A stretch of DNA of 64,000 bases from Felis catus (taxonomy: Eukaryota): assembly GCF_018350175.1 (NCBI RefSeq), contig NC_058368.1:8060001-8124000 (forward strand), read 5' to 3'. Shown here in pieces: positions 49,720 through 61,731 of this stretch; positions within the stretch are counted from its first letter, which is position 1; each line of letters starts with the position of its first letter. A program made the position numbers and the translations under genes. The notes beneath the pieces were generated by a model that saw nothing but the letters and a program-made list of their open reading frames with translations, was not told the DNA's origin and ran no database searches.

Positions 49720-50093
49720 TTTGGTTCCCAACCCAGGTTCCTTTTACCTGGAGGATGCAACGGACTGCTGGGTGTTGGCTGTTGAGGGTTCCCAACGGCC
49801 TCCTCAGTCTCTGTGAGGTTACCTGTACGCCCACCATCGAGGTGTCCTCAGCCAGTGACTGACAGGTGCAGGGACACAGCCCAGACCCTCTGCCTCAAAG
49901 AGGAACCGCTCCGTGATGCCATTCATGTTGCATCTGCGGGATCAGGCTGAGGCCCGGCTTTTCTTAGCTGCCTCCCTGCCCTTCCCGGCTTCTCCCACCT
50001 TCCCGCAGATTCCTCCTGAGAGCACGTGCCCAGCTCACCACTTGTACAAGAATCCCCACCTCGCCTCTGCTTCTGGGGAATGGACCCAAGACA
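49720..50093 (+). mobile_element. ERVL-class LTR (LTR16/LTR33-like)
   Basis: 3' end cacttgtacaagaatccccacctcgcctctgcttctggggaa…ccaagaca. Confidence 0.6.
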
Positions 50094-50971
50094 TGGGGCT
50101 GGCTGACATTTGTCAAGGCAGAAAGGAGAGCTTGGAAAAGACCAGCGGTCACTATGAAGCCCTTGGCAGCTGGAGGAACGTGGTCCTGCCCTATAGAGCA
50201 CCTCTGCCGTCGCCTCCTGGTCCCAGGGGGCTCAGCCAAAGCCACCTCTCAAGAAACCGAAGCATACACAACAAATTCAAGGCGGTGTTACTTTACCAAC
50301 CACGCAGTAAATTTAAGATACGAATTTACTTACTTGAAAGGGAGGCAACTTGCTGTTTGCCTGATCTGTCCACTCTGTTCATAATGCGCCTCTGGACCCC
50401 CGGCCTGCCACGCTTTTCTGGAACATGGTGTTTGAGACAAGCCCTGAAAGATGAGATGAAGTCAGCAGAAAGTGAAAGGGAAAGTGTCCCTGGACAGAAG
50501 GAAGAGCTTGTGCAAATGCCCGGAGGAGAAAGACAAAACCCTTACCACCTCCGCCAACACCACTAATTTTGAAGGAAGAAGGTGTCCCAGGGACTGAGAG
50601 GAAGCCAGTGTCCGTGATGCTGGTGGAGTTAGAGAACAAGGGACACAGGATAAAGCCGAGAGAAAGGTAAAGGCCAGGCTATGCAGGGCCCGTAGGAAAG
50701 GTATGTGGATCTTAGATAAGATGTGATGAGAAGGTTTTAGGCAGCGTGTTAAAGCCATCTGTTTTCCATTTTAAAAAGGGTGATCTGACTCGGGAGTCTT
50801 CTGGGTCAATTGGAAAACTACTATAATTTGAAAAAAAAAATTACTGGCAAGTTCAAGGGTGAGAGAATCACTTTTCCACGTATCCTTGGAATCCTTAAAA
50901 GCCATTTTAATTTCCAGGCTGGCACAGGAAAGGTTAAGGGGGGTAGCTGATTTCGTTTTAAAAGGTAAATT

Positions 50972-51191
50972 GGGGGCACCTGAGTAGCCCAGTCGGGTGC
51001 GTGTCCAACTTCAGCTCAGGTCACGGTCTCGCGGTCCGTGAGTTCGAGCCCCGCGTCAGGCTCTGCGCTGACAGCTCGGAGCCTGGAACCTGCTTCGGGT
51101 TCTGCGTCTCCCTCTCTCTCTGCCCCTCCCCCACTCATGCTCTGTCTGTCTCTCTCTCTCTCTCTCAAAAAAATTTTTCCAAAAAAAAAAA
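50972..51191 (+). mobile_element. CAN-SINE
   Basis: Typical head and tail. Confidence 0.9.
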
Positions 51192-51619
51192 GTAATTGCA
51201 CAGAAGTCCTTAGGTATATGAAAACTTTGTAAGACTCCCGTTTTCTTTTTATACCATAGCGAAGGATGAACATTCGTTGAGTGATTTTTGTTTGATTAGA
51301 TAATTTTAGGCAGACCCGAGATGCAGCAGCTTTCTTTTGGTAGCTTGTATGCAAAAGGTTTCGGCTGTCATTTTCAAGGATACTGTTAAACTTGGAATGT
51401 TTTTTTTTTTCTATTTTATTGTAATTCCAGTAGAGTTAACACAGCGTTAAATCAGTTTTAGGTGTACAACATAGTGATTCAACAATTCCATACACGACTC
51501 AGTGCTCATCAAGATAAGGATGCTTTTAAGTCCCTTCACCTATTTCACCCCCACACCTTTGAATTTTAAAATTCCTCTTGCATGTTTTGCTGTTTTTAAA
51601 GTGATAACTGTTATTTTCA

Positions 51620-52097
51620 GGGGCACCTGGCTGACTCAATCAATGGAACGTGTGACTCTTGATCTCGGGGTTGTGAGTACCAGCCCCACGGTGGGTGTAG
51701 AGATGACTTAAAAATAAAATCTTTAAAATAAGTGAATAAAATGACAGCTACTATTTCAAAGCTTAAATTCATGTGACAAAAAATTATTTCTTCAAACAAA
51801 AGGGGATAAGATGATGCCTATGAGAATTTTATAAATTTAAAATACAAAGGGGCACCTGGGTGGCTCAGTCGGTTAAGCATCTGACTTTGGCTCAGGTCAT
51901 GATCTCACGGTTCGTGAGTTCAAGCCCCACATCGGGCTCTGTGCTGATGGCTCGGAGCCTGGAGCCTGTTTCGGATTCTGTGTCTCCCCCTCTCTCTCTG
52001 CCCCTCCCCTGCTCCTGCTCTGTCTCTCAAAAAAGTAAATAAATGGTAAAAAAAAAAAAAAAGTCAATCAACATTAAAAAAGATAAATAAAATATAA
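51620..52097 (+). mobile_element. Old short SINEC (51620-51730) and CAN-SINE (51849-52097)
   Basis: Two SINE heads with A-rich tails. Confidence 0.85.
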
Positions 52098-52707
52098 AGG
52101 ATTTCCATCAAACTGATCCATCACAAGATGAATAATTTCCGTCTAATTTTTCTGTCACACCTGCCCTCTTGAACTCTTCTATGAATTTATCTCTATGCAG
52201 TTTGCAAGACTGTTTTATTGGTAGTTTATTCTATATTTGTGTTCTTGGCACTGGCCATTTTAACAGTGAAATGATGACTCTTCCACACATTCTCAAAGTT
52301 TTTGAAAGCCATTTTAATTTCTAGGATCTTCTTTCTGAACGGTCCCCTCTGGCTGGTGGTGGTGGGGGTGGGGGGTAAATCAGGGGCAGCAGTGGAAGTG
52401 TGAACACCAGTGAGGAGGCTGCTGGGAAAACACAGGCGAGGCTGAGCTTGAGGGTGCCTCGGACGACTGTGTGGTTTTGGCCCCTGGCAGAGGCAGGGGG
52501 AGGTGAGACGCACGTATATCCAGGAGGTAGACACAGAGACCTTGCGGATGCCTTGAGGGTGGGGAACGATGATGACCGAGTAATAATCTTGGATGGCCCA
52601 CGTTTCCAGCCTGGGCAAATGACTGACTGGTGCCACCACTTACTGAGGTGGGGAAGCTGGGGGGAGGAGCTAGCTGGCCAGGTTGTGAAGGAATCAGGAT
52701 ATGTTGC

Positions 52708-53120
52708 TTTTTTTTTTTTAATATTTATTTATTTGGGGGAGAGCCTCAGTGGGGGAGGGGCAGAGAGAGAAGGGGACAGAGGATCCCAGGCTGATGGCAG
52801 CGAGTCTGATGTGGGGCTCGAACTCAGGAGCCAGGAGATCGTGACCTAAGCTGAAGTCAGATGCTCTACTACTGAGCCTCCCAGGTACCCCAGGACATGT
52901 AACTTTTTTTTTTTCAATGTTTTATTTTTATTTTTGAGTGAGAGAAAGAAAGAGTATGAGCAGAGGAGGGGCAGAGAGAGAGGGAGACACAGAATCCAAA
53001 GCAGGTCCCAGGCTCCGAGCAGTCAGCCCAGAGCCCGACGCGGGGCTCGAACCCACGAACCGTGAGATCATGACCTGAGCCGAAGTCGGACACTTAACCG
53101 ACTGGGCCTCCCAGGTGCCC
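52708..53120 (-). mobile_element. Two adjacent CAN-SINEs sharing a triplicated target site, inside an L2 remnant
   Basis: Reverse-complement heads at ~52890 and ~53120; cagga(t/c)atgt(t/a)(g/a)c at 52695, 52891 and 53121. Confidence 0.88.
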
Positions 53121-54364
53121 CAGGACATGTTACATTTAGAGCAAAGTGTGCATGCGCACAGTGTTGTCAAATAGGCAGTTATCTGGGGAAGTGTGGAGAT
53201 CAGAGAGGTATGAGGTATCCCTTTAGGAATCTTTAGTGTGTAAACAGGGAGACAGGATGCGGTCACGTGAGAAGAAGGTGTTGGGGAAGTGAGGGAGCCA
53301 ACATTTGGAAGTTGTGTGTGTGTCTGAGGGAGGCAGAGAGAAGCCTACAACAGATCCTGAAACAAGACCAGCAAGAGAGGCAGGAGAAAACCTAGAAGCG
53401 TGGTCTCACGCTTCTAGGAGCAGAATGTGTTTTCAGGAGGAGGACATGGGTAGGGAAGCTGAAGGCAAAACTCAAGTGAGGTAACCAAGAAAGTGTTTTT
53501 CGGGTCTGGTAACGTGCAGGTGTTAAGTGACTTCGACAGAGACGGAAGCTAGATTGGCGTGGGTGTGAGGGGTGAACAGGGGACGGGAACTCAAGGCTGA
53601 GACAGCTCTTGACAAGTTCTGCCTCGACAGGCACAAAGGTGAGGGGAGCAGCAGAGAACCCACTGGTAGCAGCAGGAGAATGAAGGATAAGACAGGAACG
53701 TGCTGGTAAATGTTTAACAAAACCCCTTTTGGAAAACCAAAGCCTTGTAGCGGTTATAAACACTCCCAGCACGGCCAGTTCCAAGTCCCCCGCGTAATTA
53801 ATGTCAAAGAGCTGGCAAAATCCCTGAAAATTTCACATTTGTCTCCTAGGAGCCAGCGCGACCCAACTCCAGTCAGCCGGTGCCTCAGAGAGGAGTTCTT
53901 TCTCAGAACGTAGACACTGAAGCATACCGGTAAGCTATTGGAACGGTCCCGAGGAGAAACAGAGAGCACCGTTTCAGAGCATAAACAAGACAGGTAAGGC
54001 AGGAAGGAACCAGGGGTAGGTGACCTAAGCCACATGTGACCCGCATGTGAGTGGTCAAAGTTCTAAGAGGCCAGCGTGGCGGACGGATCATCACCACGTG
54101 CATTGAAATGGCCAAAAATCCTGCAGGGGGTGAGGTGGGAAGAAGCCAGCCAGCCAGGAACTAAAGCCTTGGGCATATGAGGGGTCGTGTGTGCGCGCCA
54201 AGTGCGAAGGGTGTGTTCTGGAAGTCGGTGCGCGAAGGTGGCAGGTGAATGATGAGAGTCTCAAAAAGCAGGGGTTTGTGCAACAGAGAGGGAGAGACAT
54301 GGCCTGCAAAGCATAAGGGCAACCCAGGAAAGCGTGGCTTTTGCTTCTGGTCCTGAGGTCTAAG

Positions 54365-54366
<2 letters not shown>

Positions 54367-54428
<62 letters not shown>

Positions 54429-54456
54429 GAGAGAGACAGAGAGAGACAGAGAGAGG
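54367..54456 (+). repeat. Compound (GT)n(GA)n microsatellite
   Basis: Directly visible. Confidence 0.95.
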
Positions 54457-55615
54457 GAGTGAGCCAACCCAACTGCAGTAAAACGTTCTCAGGGTGAGCA
54501 GGGGGCTCCGGAAGGAATGAAGGTGGAACTGGAGGGGTTTGCCGATTACAAAGGGGAGGTTCCACTGGGGGGCAGCAGGGGGGTTGGAGGAGAGGTTGGG
54601 CTGGGGATTGGGTCCACATGGGGATGAACAGAAGAATGTGGAAGAGTGACTTGGGGTGGGGGGATAGAGAAGCTTGGGTTTCTGGCAGCCATTGTGTTAA
54701 GAATAGATTTGAGGCACGTAACCTGGTTGGGATACAAGACATTCCACACCAATGTGCCTCCAACATTATCGACAAGATGTCAGACTTAAGATCTTATGAG
54801 GCATGACCCGATTTAACCTTTAAGCAGACTGAAACTGTATCAAGCGTCATTTGGCATCCCCCGTCACCGAACCCTTGCTTCCCTCAGTTGGGCCCTCCTG
54901 GGTTCTTGCTCAGATTGCTGGCATCCAGTTTAGATTTCCTGGCCCGTGACACTCCCGCCTTAGAGAGTTTTTCTAGCAGTAGCATCCATCAGTGGTCATA
55001 CATCCAGTAACAGTCCTGCTCCACATCCTTTGAAAGAGTATCAGAGGGAATACCTTGGCCACAAGTGTTGTTCCGCAGAACTTAGAAGATTCTTAGTAGT
55101 CAACGAAACATGATGATGCTGTCTGTTTATGGCGTTAACATAACTGGTAACGTGATAGTTGCCAGTTCCTGCCTGTTGTCTTTGACAACAAAGCAAAACA
55201 AAACAAAAAGCCAGCACGTTAGGCTGAAGACCCAGGATTTCCAATGCCCAGTTTTATAACTTGGACTTTCCCACCTGTAGGACCTAGCCTCCGGAAACAA
55301 GAGAAATGCTGTCTTGGGTTTCTGTTTTTCAGGGTTGTGGCATTCGGTGAAGTAATAGTACAAATGAGAAATTCAACAAGGTTACAGGAACTGCTGATAG
55401 GAAATGTGAGTCAGACTCAAAATGGTGTGGGTGTCGTTAGAATTAACTTTTAGCCCTAGATTCTTTGAGTCCTCTGATGAAAATTTCCATGTGCTTTAGA
55501 ATTTAAAAGAAAATTAAGAAAGGAAGAACAGCATGTTGGCCCCCGACCATTCTGTAAAAGGTGTCAAACACCTGGATATAATTTTAAATAATAATTTTAA
55601 TAAAAATACATAAGT

Positions 55616-55843
55616 GGGGGCACCTGGGTGGCGCAGTCGGTTAAGCGTCCGACTTCAGCCAGGTCATGATCTCGCGGTCCGTGAGTTCGAGCCCCGCGTC
55701 AGGCTCTGGGCTGATGGCTCGGAGCCTGGAGCCTGTTTCCGATTCTGTGTCTCCCTCTCTCTCTCTGCCCCTCCCCCATTCATGCTCTGTCTCTCTCTGT
55801 CCCAAAAATAAATAAAAAACGTTGAAAAAAAATTAAAAAAAAA
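55616..55843 (+). mobile_element. SINEC_Fc (young)
   Basis: TSD aaaaatacataagtg. Confidence 0.95.
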
Positions 55844-56267
55844 TACATAAGTGTCCATTGGCATGGCTACTGCCTGACCCCACTTAGTATATTCAGAAAT
55901 CTCCAAAAGCCTGAAAGGTAAGGTATTTCTGGCTATAGTAGACAAACATTCCCTTGTCTGGCATTATTTGAGGTTCACAGTCGAAGCCTGTTTCGATGAT
56001 CCATTTTTCTATTCATATTTGTCACGCGTCTGCGATGTGCAAGGCACGCTCAAGTTTTTGGGGGAAGCATCAGTCCATGTGGAGAAGTAGTTATGATGCA
56101 AAGCACATGCGATAAGAGATATATAAGGAAGCCCAAAACACTCTGGGAGGTTAAAGAAAGGAGCATTAATTCTTGCCAGGGAATGAGAGAAGGAATCGTA
56201 GAGGAAGTGGAATCGGAGCGGTGTGTCAAAGGATTAGAAGGTTTGGAACAGAAGGAAGAGCTAATGG

Positions 56268-56358
56268 GATGGGTATTGAGGAGGGCACCTTCTGGGAGGA
56301 GCACTGGGTGTCGTATGGAAACCAATTTGACAATAAATTTCATACTAAAAAAAAAAAA
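56268..56358 (+). mobile_element. ~90-bp L1_Fc 3' end insertion
   Basis: Same 3' terminus as 46258-46458 with an A tail; TSD a(g/a)ag(c/t)taatggga. Confidence 0.85.
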
Positions 56359-57206
56359 GTTAATGGGAAGAACAATCAAGGCAAGGGAATTAGGGATCGC
56401 AAAGTTGTGTTGCGTGTTCGGAAAATGCCAAGTAGGCTGGTTTGGGGGATAACACGGGATGCAAAAAGAATAGAAAATTAGTTTACGGTCAGATTTGTAT
56501 GGATACCAGGCTAAGAAATATGGTCTCTATGGGAAAAGCAATGGGACACTACTGGAAGTTGAGAGCATGCGCTTCTCCAAAGTTAAATCTCCCACCGCAT
56601 GTGAGATGACTTGGAGAAGGGGGGACTAGAGCAGAGCCGTCAACTAAGACACTAGGTGCATCCCATGCTTAACATCGTTTACTGTTATGGGGCGCCTAGC
56701 TGGCTCAGTCAGTGGAGCGTGTGACGCTTGATCGCGGGGTCATGAGTTCGAGCCCCATGAGGGGGAGGAGATTATATTTTAAAAATAGAAAATATTAAAT
56801 TAATTAATAATCAATAATTATTTGATTAATAATCATTAAATTATTAAAAATATAAAATATAAAAGATATTTTGCCGTTACAGCATTATTATTATTGTCGT
56901 TGTTGTCACAACCCTTTGTTAGATGCCTGCCATGTGCCAGGCACTAGTCAGGCCTTGCGGATACATGAGTGATCAAGACAGAATATAATGGAATGTATAA
57001 TCTCGTTGGAGGTGTCAGATAATGAGAGTAAGGAGGGAAATTTCAGATTAATACATTCTATTAAGAAAATAGAGTATCTTTCCCTTTCTAGCAGCAGGTT
57101 TGGGTAGGTTATTTGGAACAGCGCTCCCACTGAAAATCACTAAAAATGCTGTGTAAAATGCATTAAAAAAAAAAAACAAACCTTTCTTAAAATCTCAGAT
57201 AAGATA

Positions 57207-57435
57207 GGGGCGCCTGGGTGGCGCCGTCGGTTAAGCGTCCGACTTCAGCCAGGTCACGATCTCGCGGTCCGTGAGTTCGAGCCCCGCGTCGGGCTCTGGG
57301 CTGATGGCTCGGAGCCTGGAGCCTGTTTCCGATTCTGTGTCTCCCTCTCTCTCTGCCCCTCCCCCGTTCATGCTCTGTCTCTCTCTGTCCCAAAAATAAA
57401 TAAAAAACGTTGAAAAAAAATTAAAAAAAAAAAAA
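57207..57435 (+). mobile_element. SINEC_Fc (young)
   Basis: Perfect TSD aaaatctcagataagatag. Confidence 0.95.
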
Positions 57436-58485
57436 TCTCAGATAAGATAGTAAAGAATTTACTAGGTCAAGATCTCCAGGAAAGTGGAGCTCAGAGTTAA
57501 GTGAGTCTTGACCTCCTTTTATCCTGAGGACAAACCCAATCCAGAAGAACCTACATTTTGGGATTTGATGGACCAGAGGGGTAAGAGGGAGAAATCCTTG
57601 CCCCCCTTCTCACCCTGAGGGACTGGAAATAAAGCATTCTTACCACACAGAGTCAGAATTAAACTATGAGTAAACGTGAGTAAGGCTCAACCAGAAGCAA
57701 GCCGTCCCACCCCTGTGGTCTGAGGCCGCACCTCTGCCCAAACCGTGGAGGACTTAGCTCCTCTTCAAATACACAATTAACTTGTTCTAGAAAGTTCTTC
57801 CGAGTTGAAACTCACAGAGACTATCTGACATGAACGACCAGAGTTTCAGTTATGCAAATTCTCCTATCTATTCAGAGTGCTCTATAGGCAGGCAGAAGAA
57901 AAATAAGACTTGGTTTTGGATCCAGCCCGTAAGCTTAGAAGCTGATACTCCACGCTAACAAGTAAAAACCCGAACGAGCTGAAAAGTCAACAACTCTTCC
58001 TAAATCTGTAGGGGACGAGAGGACGCAGGCAGGCCGCCGCCCCCTAGGCCCCAAAATGGAGAGACACACAGGCAGAGAGTCACCACTTACCAGAGCAGGA
58101 AGCTCCCAGCAGACACTTCGGGGACCCAGGGAGGGGCTGGAGGCTCAGTGTGGACAAATCCGAGAGACAAAACCTCCGAGGACACCCAGTCATCAGGGGG
58201 CCTCTTCACTTAGGGTAATTTTAGCTCCTGGAGGTCTACCGGGGTCTCACGATGAATGTCAGCTAAAAATCCCCTCCTGCTTTTGGCAGAGGGAGGGGGG
58301 AAAGGAACCATTTTGAAACACCCCAGAGCACTGGGTCCTTCTTAACAAGGCCCTGCCCTTGGGGGAAATTAGTTAACCACAGCCTCACCTGCTGGGGTCT
58401 TATTAAAGCCCAAGTGACCCTGGAGAAGCCAAGTATCCAACTTCAGCCTCCCCTAGCCACCCTCTCCCACCTAAAGGGGGAGGGA

Positions 58486-58700
58486 GGGGCGCCTGGGTGG
58501 CGCAGTCGGTTGGGCGTCCGACTTCAGCCAGGTCACGATCTCGCGGTCCGTGAGTTCGAGCCCCGCGTCGGGCTCTGGGCTGATGGCTCGGAGCCTGGAG
58601 CCTGTTTCTGATTCTGTGTCTCCCTCTCTCTCTGCCCCTCCCCCGTTCATGCTCTGTCTCTCTCTGTCCCAAAAATAAATAAACGTTGAAAAAAAAAAAA
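58486..58700 (+). mobile_element. SINEC_Fc (young), within an old L1 5'-region remnant (~57890-58950)
   Basis: TSD taaagggggaggga. Confidence 0.93.
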
Positions 58701-59881
58701 TTAAAGGGGGAGGGAAAAACGGGAAGTCCTGGTGATGTTCACCGTCTAGAGGCATGCACTCACTAAAAGTCGATTGGAAAGTCAATCTTTGCGGCCAGGA
58801 AGAGGAGAACAAACAGTCCACCCCCCACTCCCCCCATTAAAGGGTGCAGCAGCCGTGGGATTAGGAAGTTGGGAGACCAGCCTCGAGACTGACGTGATCG
58901 GGCAGCAAAGCCAGAGAGAGAAACCTGCAGCCACACCCCACCATATTGGACGGACACCCTCCATGGTAGATAATACAATCCTCTGAAACAGTGGACCCTG
59001 CGTGTGGCACGGAGGTGGCCGCTTCCTTCTTAGCATGATTCCCTACGAAGGTGGCTGGCCAGCACAGCACCTGAGAGGTGTCCTGGCTGGAGGGGTGGCC
59101 ATCATTCTGGTCACCTAGGATGGATGTCTCCACGCATTTGTTTGTGGCAGGATGTTATTACGCCTCCAGCGGAGGCATAGAGAACCAAGGGTCCTGTCCG
59201 ATATTTCCCACTGGCTGGCTGCTAATTACTTAATAAGGCAGAAGAGAAAAAGAAAGTTAGTAGGACTATTTTCTGAGAAGCCGTTTCGTGCACTGATTTA
59301 TCGGCAGCCAGCGGAACTCCGTATTACAAATGTTTGCTCTATTTTCAATTTGGGAAGAGAGAAAAAGCTTTAAAAAAGTGGCTTTTGTTAGGACAATTGG
59401 TTGGCACCTGTTCAGTGCTTTACCTCTAACCTCTGGGCTTTACATCTGAAGCTAAATAAGCCTCACGGACAAAACAAAAGAAAAACAACCCAAGAAACAA
59501 ACCTTGTAAGGTAAATAGCATTATGCCTACCATGATGGAAACAGGCTTAGCGAGAGAAGGTGGGCTCCATGAGACCCATGCGGAACACCTGTTTTCCTCA
59601 CACTATCCTCCGCATCCTTTATGGTAATCATTGGTTTAAGATTTTCCTCCCCTGCAGGAACCATAGTAGATTTGTTCACACCTGCCTACACAGGGCCAAT
59701 CGAAGTATACATTGGGTGTTTACTAAAACACTGGTTGGACCAAAGAAAGAATGGAAAGACTACAAATGAAGAAAAGGCAACTGAGTCAAAGGAAACAAGT
59801 TTGTTTGTGGAAAAGATAGTTTGGTAAGGTCCTTATTTTGGGGGTAAATGTCCTGGCACTAATCCCTACAATTCTTATTCC

Positions 59882-59927
59882 CTTTCTTTCTTTCTTTTTC
59901 TTTCTTTCTTCCTTCCTTCATTCCTTC

Positions 59928-59958
<31 letters not shown>

Positions 59959-59992
59959 CTTTTCTTTTCTTTTCTTTTCTTTTCTTTTCTTT

Positions 59993-60040
<48 letters not shown>

Positions 60041-60233
60041 TCCTTCTTTTTTAGAAAGAGAGAGAGAGATAGCATGAACAGGGAGAGGGGCAGAGAGAGA
60101 GAGAGAGAGACTCAAGCAGGCTCCACATTCACCACGGATCCCGATGTGGGGCTGTGTCCCATGACCCTGGGATCATGCCCTGAGCCGAAATCAAGAGTTG
60201 GGTGTTCAGCCGACTGAGCCATCCAGGCGCCCC
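59882..60233 (-). mobile_element. CAN-SINE with tail expanded into (TTTTC)n(TTTC)n microsatellite
   Basis: Reverse-complement head at 60233 and a ~170-nt pyrimidine repeat. Confidence 0.9.
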
Positions 60234-60384
60234 GATCCTCACTATTCTTAAATTAGCATCTCTAAGAAGTTGGAAATGATTGATTATGGGGGCATACCCG
60301 AAATTCACTAAATGCATCTGGCTCCACTAACAAGTTCACAGAACAAATTGCTCTTCTAAGAGTGCAGGTTTAGGGTTGGGGTGG

Positions 60385-60970
60385 CCTCCCTCTTTCTCTT
60401 CAGGTCCCAGGCACTTTGGGAGCCTTGGATTTCAGTGCACACATGGCCAAGTCCAAAATCCACGCCATGCACAACTAGTCCCGAAAATGGCACAGAAACA
60501 GCATCAAGGAACCCCGGTCACAAAGATATGACTCTCTCGAGGGGGTGGACCCCAAGTTCCCGAGGAACATGCACCACGAAGGCTATCAAGGCTCATGTGC
60601 AGCCCAGAGGGTCAGATGCAAGTTCCCACCGGGTCTCAACCACAAGCGCAATCGACTTGCCTACATTGCCCACGCCGAGCTCGGGAGATGTGCTCATGCC
60701 TGCGTCACCGCGGGTCTCAGGCTCTGCCAGCGAGGTCCAAGAGCAAGGCTCAAACCGTGGTCCAGGCTGTGGTTCTGGCTCCGGCTCCCAAAGACGCCCA
60801 GCTCCTCAGGAAGGCTCTAGAACAGAGGCCTCTGTGTGCCAGTGTGAGGACGGAAGAACGGCTGTGATCCCGGGGTGTGATCCCTGGGCTCTGACAGAGG
60901 GCTGGTGTCCTGTCTATGTGTACCTATCGGCTTGAGGCAGCATCTGTCCCCTCCCCGCCCCCCCAAAAAA
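60385..60970 (+). pseudogene. RPL29: RPL29 processed pseudogene
   Basis: Pyrimidine TOP-like start, then ATG at 60443 reading [42 protein letters not shown], followed by ...[26 protein letters not shown]. Intronless, with a premature TAG at 60476-60478, an internal deletion and frameshifts. 3' UTR-like sequence runs to ~60940 and ends in a short A remnant. Confidence 0.92.
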
Positions 60971-61095
60971 GGAAGACTCCCATTGGGAGGTAGCAAGGGT
61001 GTGTTCTGATTGTTTTCATCACCGTCACGCCCTCCCACATCTGGGAAAGCGCCATACTGTGCAGTGTTCTGTGCTTTTTAAAAAATGCTTATTTA

Positions 61096-61731
61096 GGGGC
61101 GCCTGGGTGGCGCAGTCGGTTAGGCGTCCGACTTCAGCCAGGTCACGATCTCGCGGTCCGTGAGTTCGAGCCCCGCGTCAGGCTCTGGGCTGATGGCTCG
61201 GAGCCTGGAGCCTGTTTCCGATTCTGTGTCTCTCTCTCTCTCTGCCCCTCCCCCGTTCATGCTCTGGCTCTCTCTGTCCCAAAAATAAATAAACGTTGAA
61301 AAAAAAATTAAAAAAAAAAATGCTTATTTGTTTATTTTGAGGGGAGAGCAGAGGGGGGTGGCAGGGGAGGGGGAGAGAGAATCCCGAGCAGGCTCCGTGC
61401 TATCAGCGCTGAGCCCGACGTGGGGCTCGATTTCACAAACCTGAGCCAAAATCAAGAGTCCACCGCTTAGCGACCCCAGCCCCCCAGGTGCCCTTAGGTT
61501 TGTTTTTTTTTTTTTTTAATTTTTTTTTAACGTTTATTTATTTTTGAGACAAAGAGAGACAGAGCATGAACGGGGGAGGGGCAGAGAGAGAGGGAGACAC
61601 AGAATCGGAAACAGGCTCCAGGCTCTGAGCCATCAGCCCAGAGCCCGACGCGGGGCTCGAACTCGCCGACCTCGAGATCGTGACCTGAGCTGAAGTCGGA
61701 CGCTTAACCGACTGCGCCACCCAGGCGCCCC
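61096..61731. mobile_element. SINE cluster: SINEC_Fc + (61096-61320), older SINEC - (61321-61493), SINEC_Fc-type - (61503-61731)
   Basis: TSDs aaaaatgcttattt and ccttaggttt. Confidence 0.92.

Noticed and set aside
49913..50566. 217-aa ORF
   Set aside because: Spans an LTR end and L2-like sequence, with no homology recognised.
60381..60935. 184-aa ORF over the RPL29 retrocopy as a functional gene
   Set aside because: Mostly out of frame with RPL29; the RPL29 frame has an early stop, a deletion and frameshifts.
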